Under the pieces are notes generated by a model that worked only from the letters and a program-made list of their open reading frames with translations, was not told the origin of the DNA and searched no databases. Below, piece by piece: positions 48,778 to 60,716 of a stretch of DNA of 64,000 nt; positions within the stretch are counted from its first letter, which is position 1, and each line of letters begins with the position of its first letter. Origin of the DNA: Squalus acanthias (lineage: Eukaryota); NCBI GenBank assembly GCA_030390025.1, contig JASTWF010000338.1, positions 372,001 through 436,000 on the forward strand, given 5' to 3'. The position numbers were made by a program, and so were the translations under genes.

Positions 48778-51128
48778 ATGGAACGACTCATAGTATTGCT
48801 CGTGGCAATCGGATGTGGATTGGCCTATCGGGGCCTCACCAAGGATGTCGTGGTGTTTGGATGTTCCGGGGACACGGCCCCCATCGCGGTGGATGGGACC
48901 GGGAGACGGAAGGCAGAAGGGACCAGCACCTATTTCCACAAGGGAAGGTGGCCAGGATGGCTGGGAACGAACTCAACGGAGTATTCCAGCACATCGGGGT
49001 TCGCCTACAAAGAGACTTCTTTAATGTGCCCCAAAGTACGGATCATCGCACCCAGGATCAGCGTCACCGTCGGCAAACGGATTTGTTTGACTTGCAGTGG
49101 GAATGTCCCATTGAGCCGATGGTGGTGGCTGCGAAAGCTGAGCAAAACTATGAGGAACTCTTCGGTTGAGTGGGAGCGACTGGGTAATAATACCCATCGG
49201 ACAATTACGGGGACAGATGGACAAGTGAAAGTCTGTTGGGACAAATGGTGGGAACCAGATGAGGGGATTTATGTTTGTATGTGGGGGTCAAAGTACGTTT
49301 GCCCCAAAGGCATCTCCATATTCTTTATTAACCAGTGGCAGGATAACGGACAGGGGATGAGGTGGGATGCGAGCACCAGGGGGTGCGGAGCCCCATTCTC
49401 CCCGATCCCAGTAAATGCCACTGAGCTCATTACGCGCCCACGCAAAGCCCCGCCCACGATTCCGGTAGTTCTAACTGAGGAAGAAGGGTGCCCTAAAACT
49501 AGTAAGGGACCCGGGAACGGTTTGGTACTGGTCCCCACAGACCAGATACTATTTCAGGGGTGCATTACGCGGTGGCCTCGGTGATTTTAAATCTCACTGA
49601 GGTACGGTTACCAGAGTGGTGCCCCAAAAAGACGGAACAGTTGTACCAGGTCCTGTTGACCAAGATGTTCAGGCAGTTTTACGAGTTCGATTTCGCGGAA
49701 ATTGATAAGACAAGTTTATACACCGCACCGCAGGAAGTTTTGGACCAAGTTGGGAGGCAAAGAAGGGGTTTGGTGAACGATGCGTTCACTGCTTTTAACA
49801 CAGGGACATCTGTGGTCAACGCTCTAGACAGTGTGGAGCTGCAGACCCAGGTTAATGGTTTAAAAACACAGTTAAAGGATATTCTCACAGATGAGAATAA
49901 AGTGGTAGGGTCGGGTCTGCACGAGGACCAAGCCATGACACTACACTTAAAAGAGATTATAGCAGAGCTGGAGAAACATGCGCGTACGGTAAATGCCCTG
50001 ATTAGGGAAGATCGGAATGCATCCGATCAAGCTGCGCAGAACGAGGTGTGCGTGCTTTACGGGGCGTGGTTACTGGGCGAGGGCCGCAGTAATTTGGAGG
50101 ATTTAAAACAAGGTTTGGTCCCGTCCTGGATAAGTAACAAACACCTGCGGGCGCTCCACCCTTTTCAGAATGCATTAAGTCCGTGCCAGCTCAGGCTAGC
50201 TTCAGAAGCTTACCCAGTCCCCGTGGACTGCGGACGTTCAAACCATACTATTATGGGAATAGTATTACGCATGCCGGTTTTGGGCAACACAGCAAAGCCC
50301 GCCCCGGTGTATCGGGTAGAGAACATTGGTGTCATTCAGGGGGGAGCCCACATTCGTTATGCAGCGGTTCCACCTTACGTCATCCGCTGGGAGCAAACGA
50401 TGACAGGTACAGATCTCTCTGGTTGTCGTGGCAGGGGAGCACACATAATACTGTGCCCCCAGCACTTGAATGCCTTTTTAACACCACAGTGCGGGTTCAG
50501 AACGGCTGGCGCCAAGTCCATGAATTGCACCATGGAGGCAATGGCACAAGATCATGTGCCTCCGCAGGTAGCATACATCGGGGGTGGAACATATTGTGTT
50601 ACCACTGCAGCGCAACACTACCAGCATGGAAACCGTAGCCGGTGTCCGGTGAGTGACAGCAGTTTCTGTTTTAAACCCAGGGCTGAAGTTCAAGTAGCAC
50701 AACAGCGAATTATCCCAATCCCTGAACCATCCACTGTTCACCTCACAGTAAAAGAGAATTTTACCGACTTGCAGCGATTTGTCGCACATTTTGGGTACCT
50801 CATTCCCCCTCTCCCTGAGCATTTAACCAAACTTCTGAAAGCCGTCGCGGTGTCACAAAAGCATTTTTATACCTTAGAACAGAAAACCGTCGAGATAGGT
50901 ACAGACATTTTGGACATAGTGGTTCCACCGTGGTGGAATCTGTTCACGAATATTGAAGTGCCCTCATGGGTCAGAATAGCCTCCCACATTTTAGTCGTCT
51001 GTCAAGTGTTTATTGTAGTATACCTTTTGTTTATACATTGTAAAAGAGACAAGCGCCTCACCAAGCATGAGAACACGGGAGAGTGGCGAGAACGTTACGT
51101 GCGCGTGCACGATGAGAGCGCAGTGTAA
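48778..51128 (+). CDS. env: Envelope glycoprotein (signal peptide, Ig-like domain, furin site, fusion subunit, TM), split by a -1 frameshift near 49557-49560
   Basis: ORFs 48778..49584 and 49560..51128 join into ~783 aa if one G is added to the GGGG run. RQRR|GL at 49755-49766, TM ~50976-51035, candidate splice acceptor AG at 48763-48764. Confidence 0.85.
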
Positions 51129-51541
51129 TGGGAAAACGGCGTCACTCCCGCTCGCCACGTGCGCCGCGGAAGTTTGTACTCATTGTAAATACGTTGGAAA
51201 CTCGACATGTTTAAGAGTTGGGATTTGTTTATTTTGGTGATGGTGTTGATTGTTTGGTTTTTTGGGTTTTGTTTTTCCTTTCCCTGAATAAAAGATAAAT
51301 ATACAGGTGATGCGTGAGGTATCGGCCTGGTTACGCCGGGAAGGAAAACAAGTGGTGTAAGTTTAAGGGCAAATGATGCCTATGGTGATATAAAATGTGA
51401 TTTTTCTTGGGAAATAAGGACGACACAGAGACCCTAGTGAAGTTAAAATTTTATGGGATTAATTTACTGGATTCGGAGTGAAATCGAGATAAGATTGCTC
51501 ACCACTGAGTTTTTGATACGATAAGCGGAGTTATTCGCATC

Positions 51542-51553
51542 AACAGGAGGGAC
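51542..51553 (+). promoter_or_regulatory. Polypurine tract
   Basis: AACAGGAGGGAC immediately before the 3' LTR. Confidence 0.7.
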
Positions 51554-52982
51554 TGTAGAATTCGCAATTATCGCGATTTCATTTTAATAAGGAGAAAACA
51601 CAAGTTTCATTCAAAACAGCTTTTATTTCAGCGGAATGCTGTCAGGTTTAAATTGGACACAAGCAGCCTGTAAAATGGCCGCCGCACCGCGTGACAGAAC
51701 ATTCGAGACTTTTTCAGCAGACAGACAAGATGGCGTTCCAATAAACATTTTTGCAGGATCGATAACGATTCAGCACAGTGAAGACGTTACACAGGACATT
51801 ATGGGTTTACAGTATAAACATCGATACTGGAATCGGTCTCCCAGGTACAAAGGAAAGCCATCAAGGGCCCATCCAAAGGACATTAATATGTAAACTCCCA
51901 ACGGCTCTACGATGAGAGAGCCGTTAGCAGGTAGTTATACAGGACATTTGGAAGCCCCAAACCCCTCCAGGGGGAACACCGACCGATTTAACAATGGGAG
52001 ACGTATTAGCAGGTACTCAAACATTCAGGAGTAGCCCCGAAACCCATTAAAGACAGAGATCACCCATACAGGACTTTTTGGGCGCCAAACCTTAAACAAA
52101 AGAATGGACATTATAGTTGGGCGGGAAACGGAAGAACTGTGCACTATAATTGCAGGCCCAAACCGTCCATTCTGTCTCTTGACTCTTGGTTCTTGCTCCT
52201 GCCTCGTGTTCGTGACTCTTGCCGCTTGCCGCTGTTATCATCGTGGCTGCTCCTGGGTAAAAGACTGTTGCAAAGACCTATGTTGGTAGCTGGCAGCGGA
52301 ACCGAAGGCCCGGGATGAGATGAGATGAGATGAGATGAGAGGAGAAGAGAAGAAGACCTTATCCATCGCCACGAGGTCTTCACTACAGCGGACGGTCCAG
52401 CCGACTGACCGAGCAGCAGAAGCAGTAAACAAGTGGGACCAGGAGATCTCCTGACCAACACGTGGGTGCTGCGGTGGAAAACATCCGATCAGCTATTCGG
52501 GATTTCTCCGAGTTATTACGAGTGGTGAGCATGAGTCTCGGGATCCTACGAAGCTAGTTTTAGGATAGTTATTGATAGGGGAGGGTTTTAAAGTAAGGAT
52601 ATTTGTAATGTGTGCCCTATTTACGTTGTGCTGGTCGTTCCTCGTTTCCCTAAGAGTGATTATAACTGTTTGTAAGATTGTACTGTCATTAATCTGTGCA
52701 TATGACATGTATTTCATAATTTTAAGTATCATGCAATAAAGATTTTCCATTTCGTACCGTTCAAACCAAGTCTACATGAGTTTTATCTCCATTTCTGCTC
52801 TCGCATCTAAGTCCAGTGTCTAGAACCGTAAGGGAGAGTGATTCGAACCACTCACAGGGGTGTCTAGTGTTCCCAGACTGGCTGGAGACCAGGCCTAGAC
52901 CCGCACTGACATACAGGCTGCACAGAGCCGCGTGAATCTCACAGGCTACGAGACACGCAGGGTCAGGAGAGTATCCCTTACA
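51554..52982 (+). repeat. 3' LTR (1429 bp)
   Basis: Matches the 5' LTR by eye except for a 14-bp length difference in a CTCTT-repeat patch. Confidence 0.95.
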
Positions 52983-52997
52983 TAATGGCCAGTGAAA

Positions 52998-55900
52998 ACC
53001 CCTCACCCCAACTCCTCTTTCACCCCTACTCACCAACTCCCCTCACCCCAACTCCTCTTTCACCCCTACTCTCCAACCCCCTCACCGCAACTCCTCTTTC
53101 ACCCCTACTCTCCAACTCCCCTCACCCCAACTCCTCTTTCACCCCTACTCTCCAACCCCCTCACCGCAACTCCTCTTTCACCCCTACTCTCCAACTCCCC
53201 TCATCCCAACTCCTCTTTCACCCCTACTCTCCAACCCCCTCACCCAAACTCCTCTTTCACCCTAACTCTCCAACCCCCCTCACCCCAACACCTCTTTCAC
53301 CCCTACTCTCCAACCCCCCTCACCCCAACTCCTCTTTCACCCCTACTCTCCAATCCCCCTCACCCCAACTCCTCTTTCACCCCTACTCTCCAAACCCCTC
53401 ACCCCAACTCCTCTTTCACCCCTATTCTCCAGCTCCCCTCACCCCAACTCCTCTTTCACACCTACTCTCCAACCCCCCTCACCCCAACTGCTCTTTCACC
53501 CCTACTCTCCAAACCCCTCACCCCAACTTCTCTTTCACCCCTACTCTCCAACCCCCCTCACCCCAACTCCTCTTTCACCCCTACTCTCCAACCCCCCTCA
53601 CCCCAACTCCTCTTTCACCACTACTCTCCAACCCCCCTCACCCCAACTCCTCTTTCACCCCTACTCTCCAACCCCCCTCACCCCAACTCCTCTTTCACCC
53701 CTACTCTCCAACCCCCCTCACCCCAACTCCTCTTTCACCCCTACTCTCCAACCCCCCTCACCACAACTCCTCTTTCACCCCGACTCTCCAAACCTCCTCA
53801 CCCCAACTCCTCTTTCACCCCTACCCTCCAAAACCCCTCACCCCAACTCCTCTTTCACCCCTACTCTCCAACCCCCCTCACCACAACTCCTCTTTCACCC
53901 CGATTCTCCAAACCTCCTCACCCCAACTCCTCTTTCACCCCTACCCTCCAAACCCCTCACCCCAACTCCTCTTTCACCCCTACTCTCCAACCCCCCTCAC
54001 CCCAACTCCTCTTTCACCCCTACTCTCCAGCTCCCCTCACCCCAACTCCTCTTTCACCCCTACTCTCCACACCCCTCACCCCAACTCCTCTTTCACCCCT
54101 ACTCTCCAACCCCCCTCACCCCGACTCCTCTTTCACCCCAACTCTCCAACACCCCTCACCCCAACTCCTCTTTCACCCCTACTCTCCAACCCCCCTCACC
54201 CCAACTCCTCTTTCACCCCTACTCTCCAACCCCCCTCACCCCAACTCCTCTTTCACCCCAACTCTCCAACCCCCCTCACCCCAACTCCTCTTTCACCCCT
54301 ACTCTCCAACCTCCCTCACCCCAACTCCTCTTTCACCCCTACTCTCCAACCCCCCTCACCCCAACTCCTCTTTCACCCCTACTCCCAACCCCCCTCACCC
54401 CAACTCCTCTTTCACCCCTACTCTCCAACTCCCCTCACCCCAACTCCTCTTTCACCCCTACTCTCCAACTCCCCTCACCCCAACTCCTCTTTCACCCCTA
54501 CTCTCCAACCCCCCACACCCCAACTCCTCTTTCACCCCTACTCTCCAACCCCCCTCACCCCAACTCCTCTTTCACCCCTACTCTCCAACTCCCCTCACCC
54601 CAACTCCTCTTTCACCCCTACTCTCCAACTCCCCTCACCCCAACTCCTCTTTCACCCCTACTCTCCAACCCCCCTCACCCCAACTCCTCTTTCACCCCTA
54701 CTCTCCAACCCCTCACCCCAACTCCTCTTTCACCCCTACTCTCCAACCCCCTCACCGCTACTCCTCTTTCACCCCTACTCTCCAACTCCCCTCATCCCAA
54801 CTCCTCTTTCATGCCTACTCTCCAACCCCCTCACCGCTACTCCTCTTTCACCCCTACTCTCCAACTCCCCTCATCCCAACTCCTCTTTCACCCCTACTCT
54901 CCAACCCCCTCACCCAAACTCCTCTTTCACCCTAACTCTCCAACCCCCCTCACCCCATCTCCTCTTTCACCCCTACTCTCCAACCCCCCTCAACTCAACT
55001 CCTCTTTAACCCCTACTCTCCAACCCCCCTCACCCCAACTCCTCTTTCACCCCTACTCTCCAACCCCCTCACCCCAACTCCTCTTTCACCCCTACTCTCC
55101 AACCCCGCTCACCCCAACTCCTCTTTAACCCCTACTCTCCAACCCCCCTCACCCCAACTCCTCTTTCACCCCTACTCTCCAACCCCCTCACCCCAACTCC
55201 TCTTTCACCCCTACTCTCCAACCCCCCTCACCCCAACTCCTCTTTCACCCCTATTCTCCAGCTCCCCTCACCCCAACTCCTCTTTCACACCTACTCTCCA
55301 ACCCCCCTCACCCCAACTGCTCTTTCACCCCTACTCTCCAAACCCCCTCACCCCAACTCCTCTTTCACCCCTACTCTCCAACCCCCCTCACCCCAACTCC
55401 TCTTTCACCCCTACTCTCCAACCCCCCTCACCCCAACTCCTCTTTCACCCCTACTCTCCAACCCCCCTCACCCCAACTCCTCTTTCACCCCTACTCTCCA
55501 ACCCCCCTCACCCCAACTCCTCTTTCACCCTTACTCTCCAACCCCCTCACCCCAACTCCTCTTTCACCCCTACTCTCCAAACCCCTCACCCCAACTCCTC
55601 TTTCACCCCTACTCTCCAACCCCCCTCACCACAACTCCTCTTTCACCCCTACTCCCCAACCCCCCTCACCCCAACTCCTCTTTCACCCCTACTCTCCAAC
55701 CCCCCTCACCCCAACTCCTCTTTCACCCCTACTCTCCAACCTCCCTCACCCCAACTCCTCTTTCACCCCAACTCGCCAACCAACCTCACCCCAACTCCTC
55801 TTTCACCCCTGCTCCCAACCCCCTCACCCCAACTCCTCTTTCACCCCTACTCTCCAACTCCCCTCACCCCAACTCCTCTTTCACCCCTACTCTCCAACCC

Positions 55901-56470
55901 CCCTCACCCCAACTCCTCTTTCACCCCTAGTCTCCAACCCCCCTCACCCCAACTCCTCTTTCACCCCTACTCTCCAACCCCCCTCACCCCAACTCCTCTT
56001 TCACCCTACTCTCCAACCCCCCTCATCCCAACTCCTCTTTCACCCCTACTCTCCAACCCCCCTCATCCCAACTCCTCTTTCACCCCTACTCTCCAACCCC
56101 TCTCACCCCAACTCCTCTTTCACCCCTACCCTCCAACCCCTCTCACCCCAACTCCTCTTTCACCCCTACTCTCCAAACCCCTCACCCCAACTCCTCTTTC
56201 ACCCCTACCCTCCAACCCCTCTCACCCCAACTCCTCTTTCACCCCTACTCTCCAAACCCCCTCACCCCAACTCCTCTTTCACCCCTACTCTCCAACCCCC
56301 AACTCCTCTTTCACCCCTACTCTCCAACCCCCCTTCACGCAAACTCCTCTTTCACCCCTACTCTCCAACCCCCAACTCCTCTTTCACCCCTACTCTCCAA
56401 CTCCTCTTTCCCACTACTCTCCAACCCCCCTCACCCCAACTCCTCTTTCACCCCTACTCTCCAACCCCCT
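52998..56470. repeat. ~40-bp C-rich satellite, ~85 copies
   Basis: Unit ccccctcaccccaactcctctttcacccctactctccaac; almost no G on the + strand. Confidence 0.95.
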
Positions 56471-57164
56471 TTCATCTTCCATTGATATTTGGAACCTGTC
56501 AGAATTTGAAAGATATTTACAAATGATTTGATTGTTTCTTAGAGTTGGGATCTTTTTTCATTCTGTTGCCTTCTGATTGAAATGAAACCGACGGTTTTAC
56601 CAGTCGGGATTTGAAAGGTATTTGTAACAGATTGTAGATGTTCTTCGATCGGGATCTTTCTCTATTCCATCCACTCGAGCAGTTGGATAACAGACTTTCT
56701 CCTGTGAATATAGAGCTGGAGTATTGGGTCGTGATGTGTTCACTTGTTCATCTTCTTGACTCTAAAAATTGAGTCTTGTGGTTTCAGACACCAGATAATC
56801 AAGCTCACAACAACAGATTGTCTTTTACTGACTTTATTAACAGCATTGGAATAATACAGACAGAGTATAGTTACCTGTCCGGAGACAGGGATAATACAGT
56901 GGATTCAGAGCTCTCTTCTCCCCAGGTCTGTTATAACAAGCTGCGGCTACACTGACGAGAGTTATACTGAACTTGTTTACTGCATTCGTGATCTGGCCCT
57001 GCTCAAAGCTGAGATATCTGTGCATTGTTCTGACTGTCACCACAAGGCTGTGTCACTATCACACAGACAACGTTTCCATGTTTCACATCTCCATCCACAG
57101 ACCATCTCTTTACACATCCCCTTCCATCCTCAATCAACATCAGCAAAATAGATTATCTGCTCAA

Positions 57165-57320
57165 TACCATCGTGCTGTGTGTGGGATCTTGCTGTGCGCA
57201 GATTGGCAGCCGCATTTCCTACATTACAACAGTGACTACACTTCAAAAGTATTTCATTGTCTGTAAAGCGTTTGGGACGTCCTGAGGTTGTGAAAGGCGG
57301 GATAGAAATTCAAGTCTTTT
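57165..57320 (+). mobile_element. SINE fragment (Deu-domain / AmnSINE-SacSINE-like core and tail)
   Basis: gggatcttgctgtgcgcagattggcagccgcatttcctacattacaacagtgactacacttcaaaag...gtgaaaggcg, recognised from memory of this SINE superfamily. Confidence 0.5.
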
Positions 57321-57708
57321 TGATTTCATAACAGCAAAAGTTACACTGGGACAAATGTTCAGTCATTCTCTATTACACGCACTCTGGAAGGTCTGGGTAG
57401 CTGGGACTTGAGAGTAAGAGAAGGTCTGAGAACTGAAATTATCTAGACTGAGAAAGGAGAAAAGGCCCAGAAATGGAGCAGTCGGTGACAGGACATCAAT
57501 TAGTCTCCTCTTATCTCAGAGACATCAAATACTCGATTCACTGAGTGTTTGACATTTATCCAGAATATTAAACTCCAGCCCAGTTATAGGGGTTACTAAC
57601 ATCAGCAGAAACAAACCCCAACTGTCAGAATGAACACAGATCAGTCCTGGATGTGATTAACAGCAGCAATAACAGCAGAATCCAACCCCTGCTGTCACAA
57701 GTGAACTC

Positions 57709-57865
57709 ATAAGAACATAAGAAATAGGAGCAGGAGTAGGCCATTCGGCCCAACAAGCCTGCTCCGCCATTCAATAAGATCATGGCTGATCTTCTATCTG
57801 AACTGCATTTTCCTGCACTATCCCCATATCCCTTTATTCTCTTAATATCCAATATCTTAATATCA
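57709..57865 (-). mobile_element. CR1 3'-tail fragment inserted in the decayed terminal finger of the ZNF gene
   Basis: ataagaacataagaaataggagcaggagtaggcc... interrupts the HQ/RVH coding sequence. Confidence 0.7.
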
Positions 57866-58024
<159 letters not shown>

Positions 58025-58063
58025 TCATCTCTAACCACACATGGAGTAGGCGAACGGCCTCTC

Positions 58064-58654
58064 CTAAATGTGCACACACTGGTGTGTCAGCAGATTGGAT
58101 GAATGAGTGAATCGCTTCCCACACACGGAGCAGGTGAACGGTCTCTCCCCAGTGTGAACTCGCTGGTGTTTCAGCAGGTTGGATGACTGAGCGAATCCCT
58201 TCCCACATACGGAGCAGGTGAATGGCCTCTCCCCGGTGTGAACTCGCTGGTGTGTCAGCAGGGTGGATGACCGAGTGAATCCCTTCCCACACTCAGAGCA
58301 AGTGAACGGTCTCTCCCCAGTGTGAACTCGCTGGTGTCTCAGCAGTTCGGATGACTGAGTGAATCCCTTCCCACACTCAGAGCAGGTGAATGGCCTCTCC
58401 CCAGTGTGAACTCGCTGGTGTGTCAGCACATCCTTTTCACTTTTAAATCTCTTCTCACAGTCAGAACATTTAAAAGGTCTCTTATCAGAGTGATGAAGTT
58501 GGTGCTTAGTGAGGTTGGATGACTGAGTGAATCCCTTCCCACACACAGGGCAGGTGAATGGTCTCTCCCCGGTGTGACTGCGACGATGAGTTTCCAGCTC
58601 AGACGGGTAATTGAATCCCTGCCCACAGTCCCCACATTGCTCCGGTTTCTCCAT
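58064..58654 (-). CDS. C2H2 zinc-finger protein, 7 fingers (MEKPEQC...)
   Basis: 196-aa ORF. Upstream in-frame vestigial fingers with TGA at 58691-58693 and 58850-58852; decayed fingers downstream to ~57695. Confidence 0.85.
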   Translation of the reverse strand: MEKPEQCGDCGQGFNYPSELETHRRSHTGERPFTCPVCGKGFTQSSNLTKHQLHHSDKRPFKCSDCEKRFKSEKDVLTHQRVHTGERPFTCSECGKGFTQSSELLRHQRVHTGERPFTCSECGKGFTRSSTLLTHQRVHTGERPFTCSVCGKGFAQSSNLLKHQRVHTGERPFTCSVCGKRFTHSSNLLTHQCVHI

Positions 58655-59484
58655 GGTGCGGGTGTCCTCGTGTCTCTCCAGGTTGGATGATCAGTTGAAG
58701 CCTCGTCCACACACAGAACACGTGTACGGTTACTCCCCGCTGTGAATGGTGCGATGTTTTTTCAGGCTGTGTAACTGGTTAAAGCTCTTTCCACAGTCAG
58801 TGCACTGGAACACTCTCACTCGGGTGTGTGTGTCTCGGTGCTTTTCCAGTCACACTGATGTTTGAAATCTTTTCCCACAGACAGAACAGACAAACATTTC
58901 TCCTTCCACATTCAAAGGCCGATGATATTCAGGTCCTGTTGAAACGAGTGACTCTGTCAGATCTTCATGTTTGGTTTGAGTTTCCCCGTCTGCAAATCCT
59001 CCGCTTCTGATACTCTGTAAAAGGAGGTTACGAAACTCATCACTTGAAGTACAGGACAGAATTTCAGAACAGACAATTCTAGTTTCTAAAGAACATTCTT
59101 TCCTCTCTTGTTCCTCCAAAGCTGTAAATCCCCATCCCACACTTTGTCCCTGCTCCCTGTGTTAAAATCCAAACACATCGCACGTCTCAAGACAGTTTTT
59201 CCTCCTCTCCCAGTTTTCTCCACCAACTCTGGCTGGGTTCAGTTCGACACTCACTGGTTCCCCTCCCTCTCCTCCCCTGAAGGTGCTGACTCTGGCTCGG
59301 TTCAGTTCTACACTCACTGGTTCCCCTCCCTCTCCTCCCCTGATGGTGCTGACTCTGGCTGGGTTCAGTTCGAAACTCACTGGTTCTCCTCCCCTGAAGG
59401 TGCTGACTCTGGCTGGGTTCAGTTCTACACTCACTGGTTCCCCTCCCTCTCCCCTGAAGGCGCTGACTCTGGCTGGGTTCAGTT

Positions 59485-60090
59485 CGCTTTGCGGAACACC
59501 TCCGTTCAGTCCGTTAGGGGGACCCCGAGCTCCCGGTGGCCTGTCACTTTAATTCACCGCTTCACTCCCACTCTGACCTCACCGTCCTCGGCCTATTACA
59601 CTGTTCCACGGAAGCGCAGCGTAAGCTCGAGGAACAGCACCTCATCTTTCGTTTAGGCACGCTACAGCCCTCTGAACTCAATATCGAGTTCAACAATTTT
59701 AGATCATAACCTCAGCTCGAATCACATTTATATTTTATTTTTTCCACCCTTTTATTTGTCCCCCCCCACCTTTTTTTTTCCTCCTAGAAGCTGGCAGCTG
59801 TCCTTCATTCTGCCAGTGGATTTCACACTTCATTCAGCCTTAATCTGTCACATTAACACCACCTCTAGCCTTGCATATCTCTTAATGTCTCTTAATGTCT
59901 CTTCATCGCCCCCTTTGTTCCTTTATCCCCTCCCCCTTTTCCCAGCTTTACCCTGGCCTTAAATCTATTTGATTTCCGGCTCTTCCCAGTTCTGATGAAA
60001 GGTCATCGACCTGAAACGTTAACTCTCTTTCTCTCTCCACGGATGCTGCCTGGCCTGCTGAGTTTTTCCAGCGTTTTCTGTTGTTATTTC
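59485..60090 (+). mobile_element. Penelope 3' fragment (same family as 17975-20716)
   Basis: Near-identical to the reverse complement of 17976-18580. Confidence 0.9.
59988..60024 (+). ncRNA. Minimal type I hammerhead ribozyme
   Basis: AGTT-CTGATGA-A-AGGTC-ATC-GACCT-GAA-ACGT-T-AACT. Confidence 0.75.
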
Positions 60091-60229
60091 AGTTCTACAC
60101 TCACTGGTTCCCCTCTCTCTCCTCCCCTGAAGGTGCTGACTCTGGCTGGGTTCAGTTCTACACTCACTGGTTCCCCTCCCTCTCCTCCCCTGAAGGTGCT
60201 GACTCTGGCTGGGTTCAGTTCTCCTGGGA

Positions 60230-60715
60230 CCCTGAAGCCCCGCCCACCTTTGCATCCTTTACAAAGATGGCCGCACGAAACAAGATGGCGGTGAACAAAG
60301 ACGCTGCTTTCCTTTACAGAGATGGCCGCCCTTAGCCTGGCCTGCTGAGTTTTTCCAGCGTTTTCTGTTGTTATTTCGGATTTCCAGCATCCGCAGTATT
60401 TTGCTATCGTCTTAGCCTGGGCTTGTTGCCGGGGAAAAAGCCTCAGAACTGCAAACGCGGAACCCGTAAGTTCTCATTCCGGGCTTGCGGCCTACACCAG
60501 GTGATTATGAAGCTCACCCGCCGGATGCGTTACCTGCCTACGGCCCCTGATTCGTAATCAGCGCAAATATCGTTTCTCCCGCCTAATTCCACTTGTCGCA
60601 CTCAGAGGGCCTCGGATCTCAGTGACACTGCGCATGCTCCAAATACGGGCGGGCACTGCGCCTGCGCGCTGGGCTCCTCCAGTGTGAACAGGGCACATTG
60701 TCCCCGCGGGACACG
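60230..60715 (-). promoter_or_regulatory. CpG-island promoter/exon 1 of the 7-finger ZNF
   Basis: Inverted homologue of 22440-22845, including the donor (gctcacccgccgg ~60512-60524) and YY1- and NRF1-like motifs. Confidence 0.65.
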
Positions 60716-60716
60716 T

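Larger units (their letters stand above)
40733..52982 (+). mobile_element. Full-length endogenous LTR provirus with gag, pol and env (lokiretrovirus-like)
   Basis: Paired LTRs (TG...CA), TSD TAAT at 40729-40732 and 52983-52986, PBS, PPT, gag-pro-pol and env ORFs. Confidence 0.95.
59222..60225. repeat. Inverted copies of the 63-bp intronic minisatellite, split by a Penelope fragment
   Basis: Reverse complement of the 22845 unit at 59222-59484 and 60090-60225. Confidence 0.85.

Noticed and set aside
52985..55128. Long Pro/Ser/Thr-rich ORFs (674 and 647 aa)
   Set aside because: They translate a C-rich satellite that rarely forms stop codons; several frames are open and there is no gene structure.
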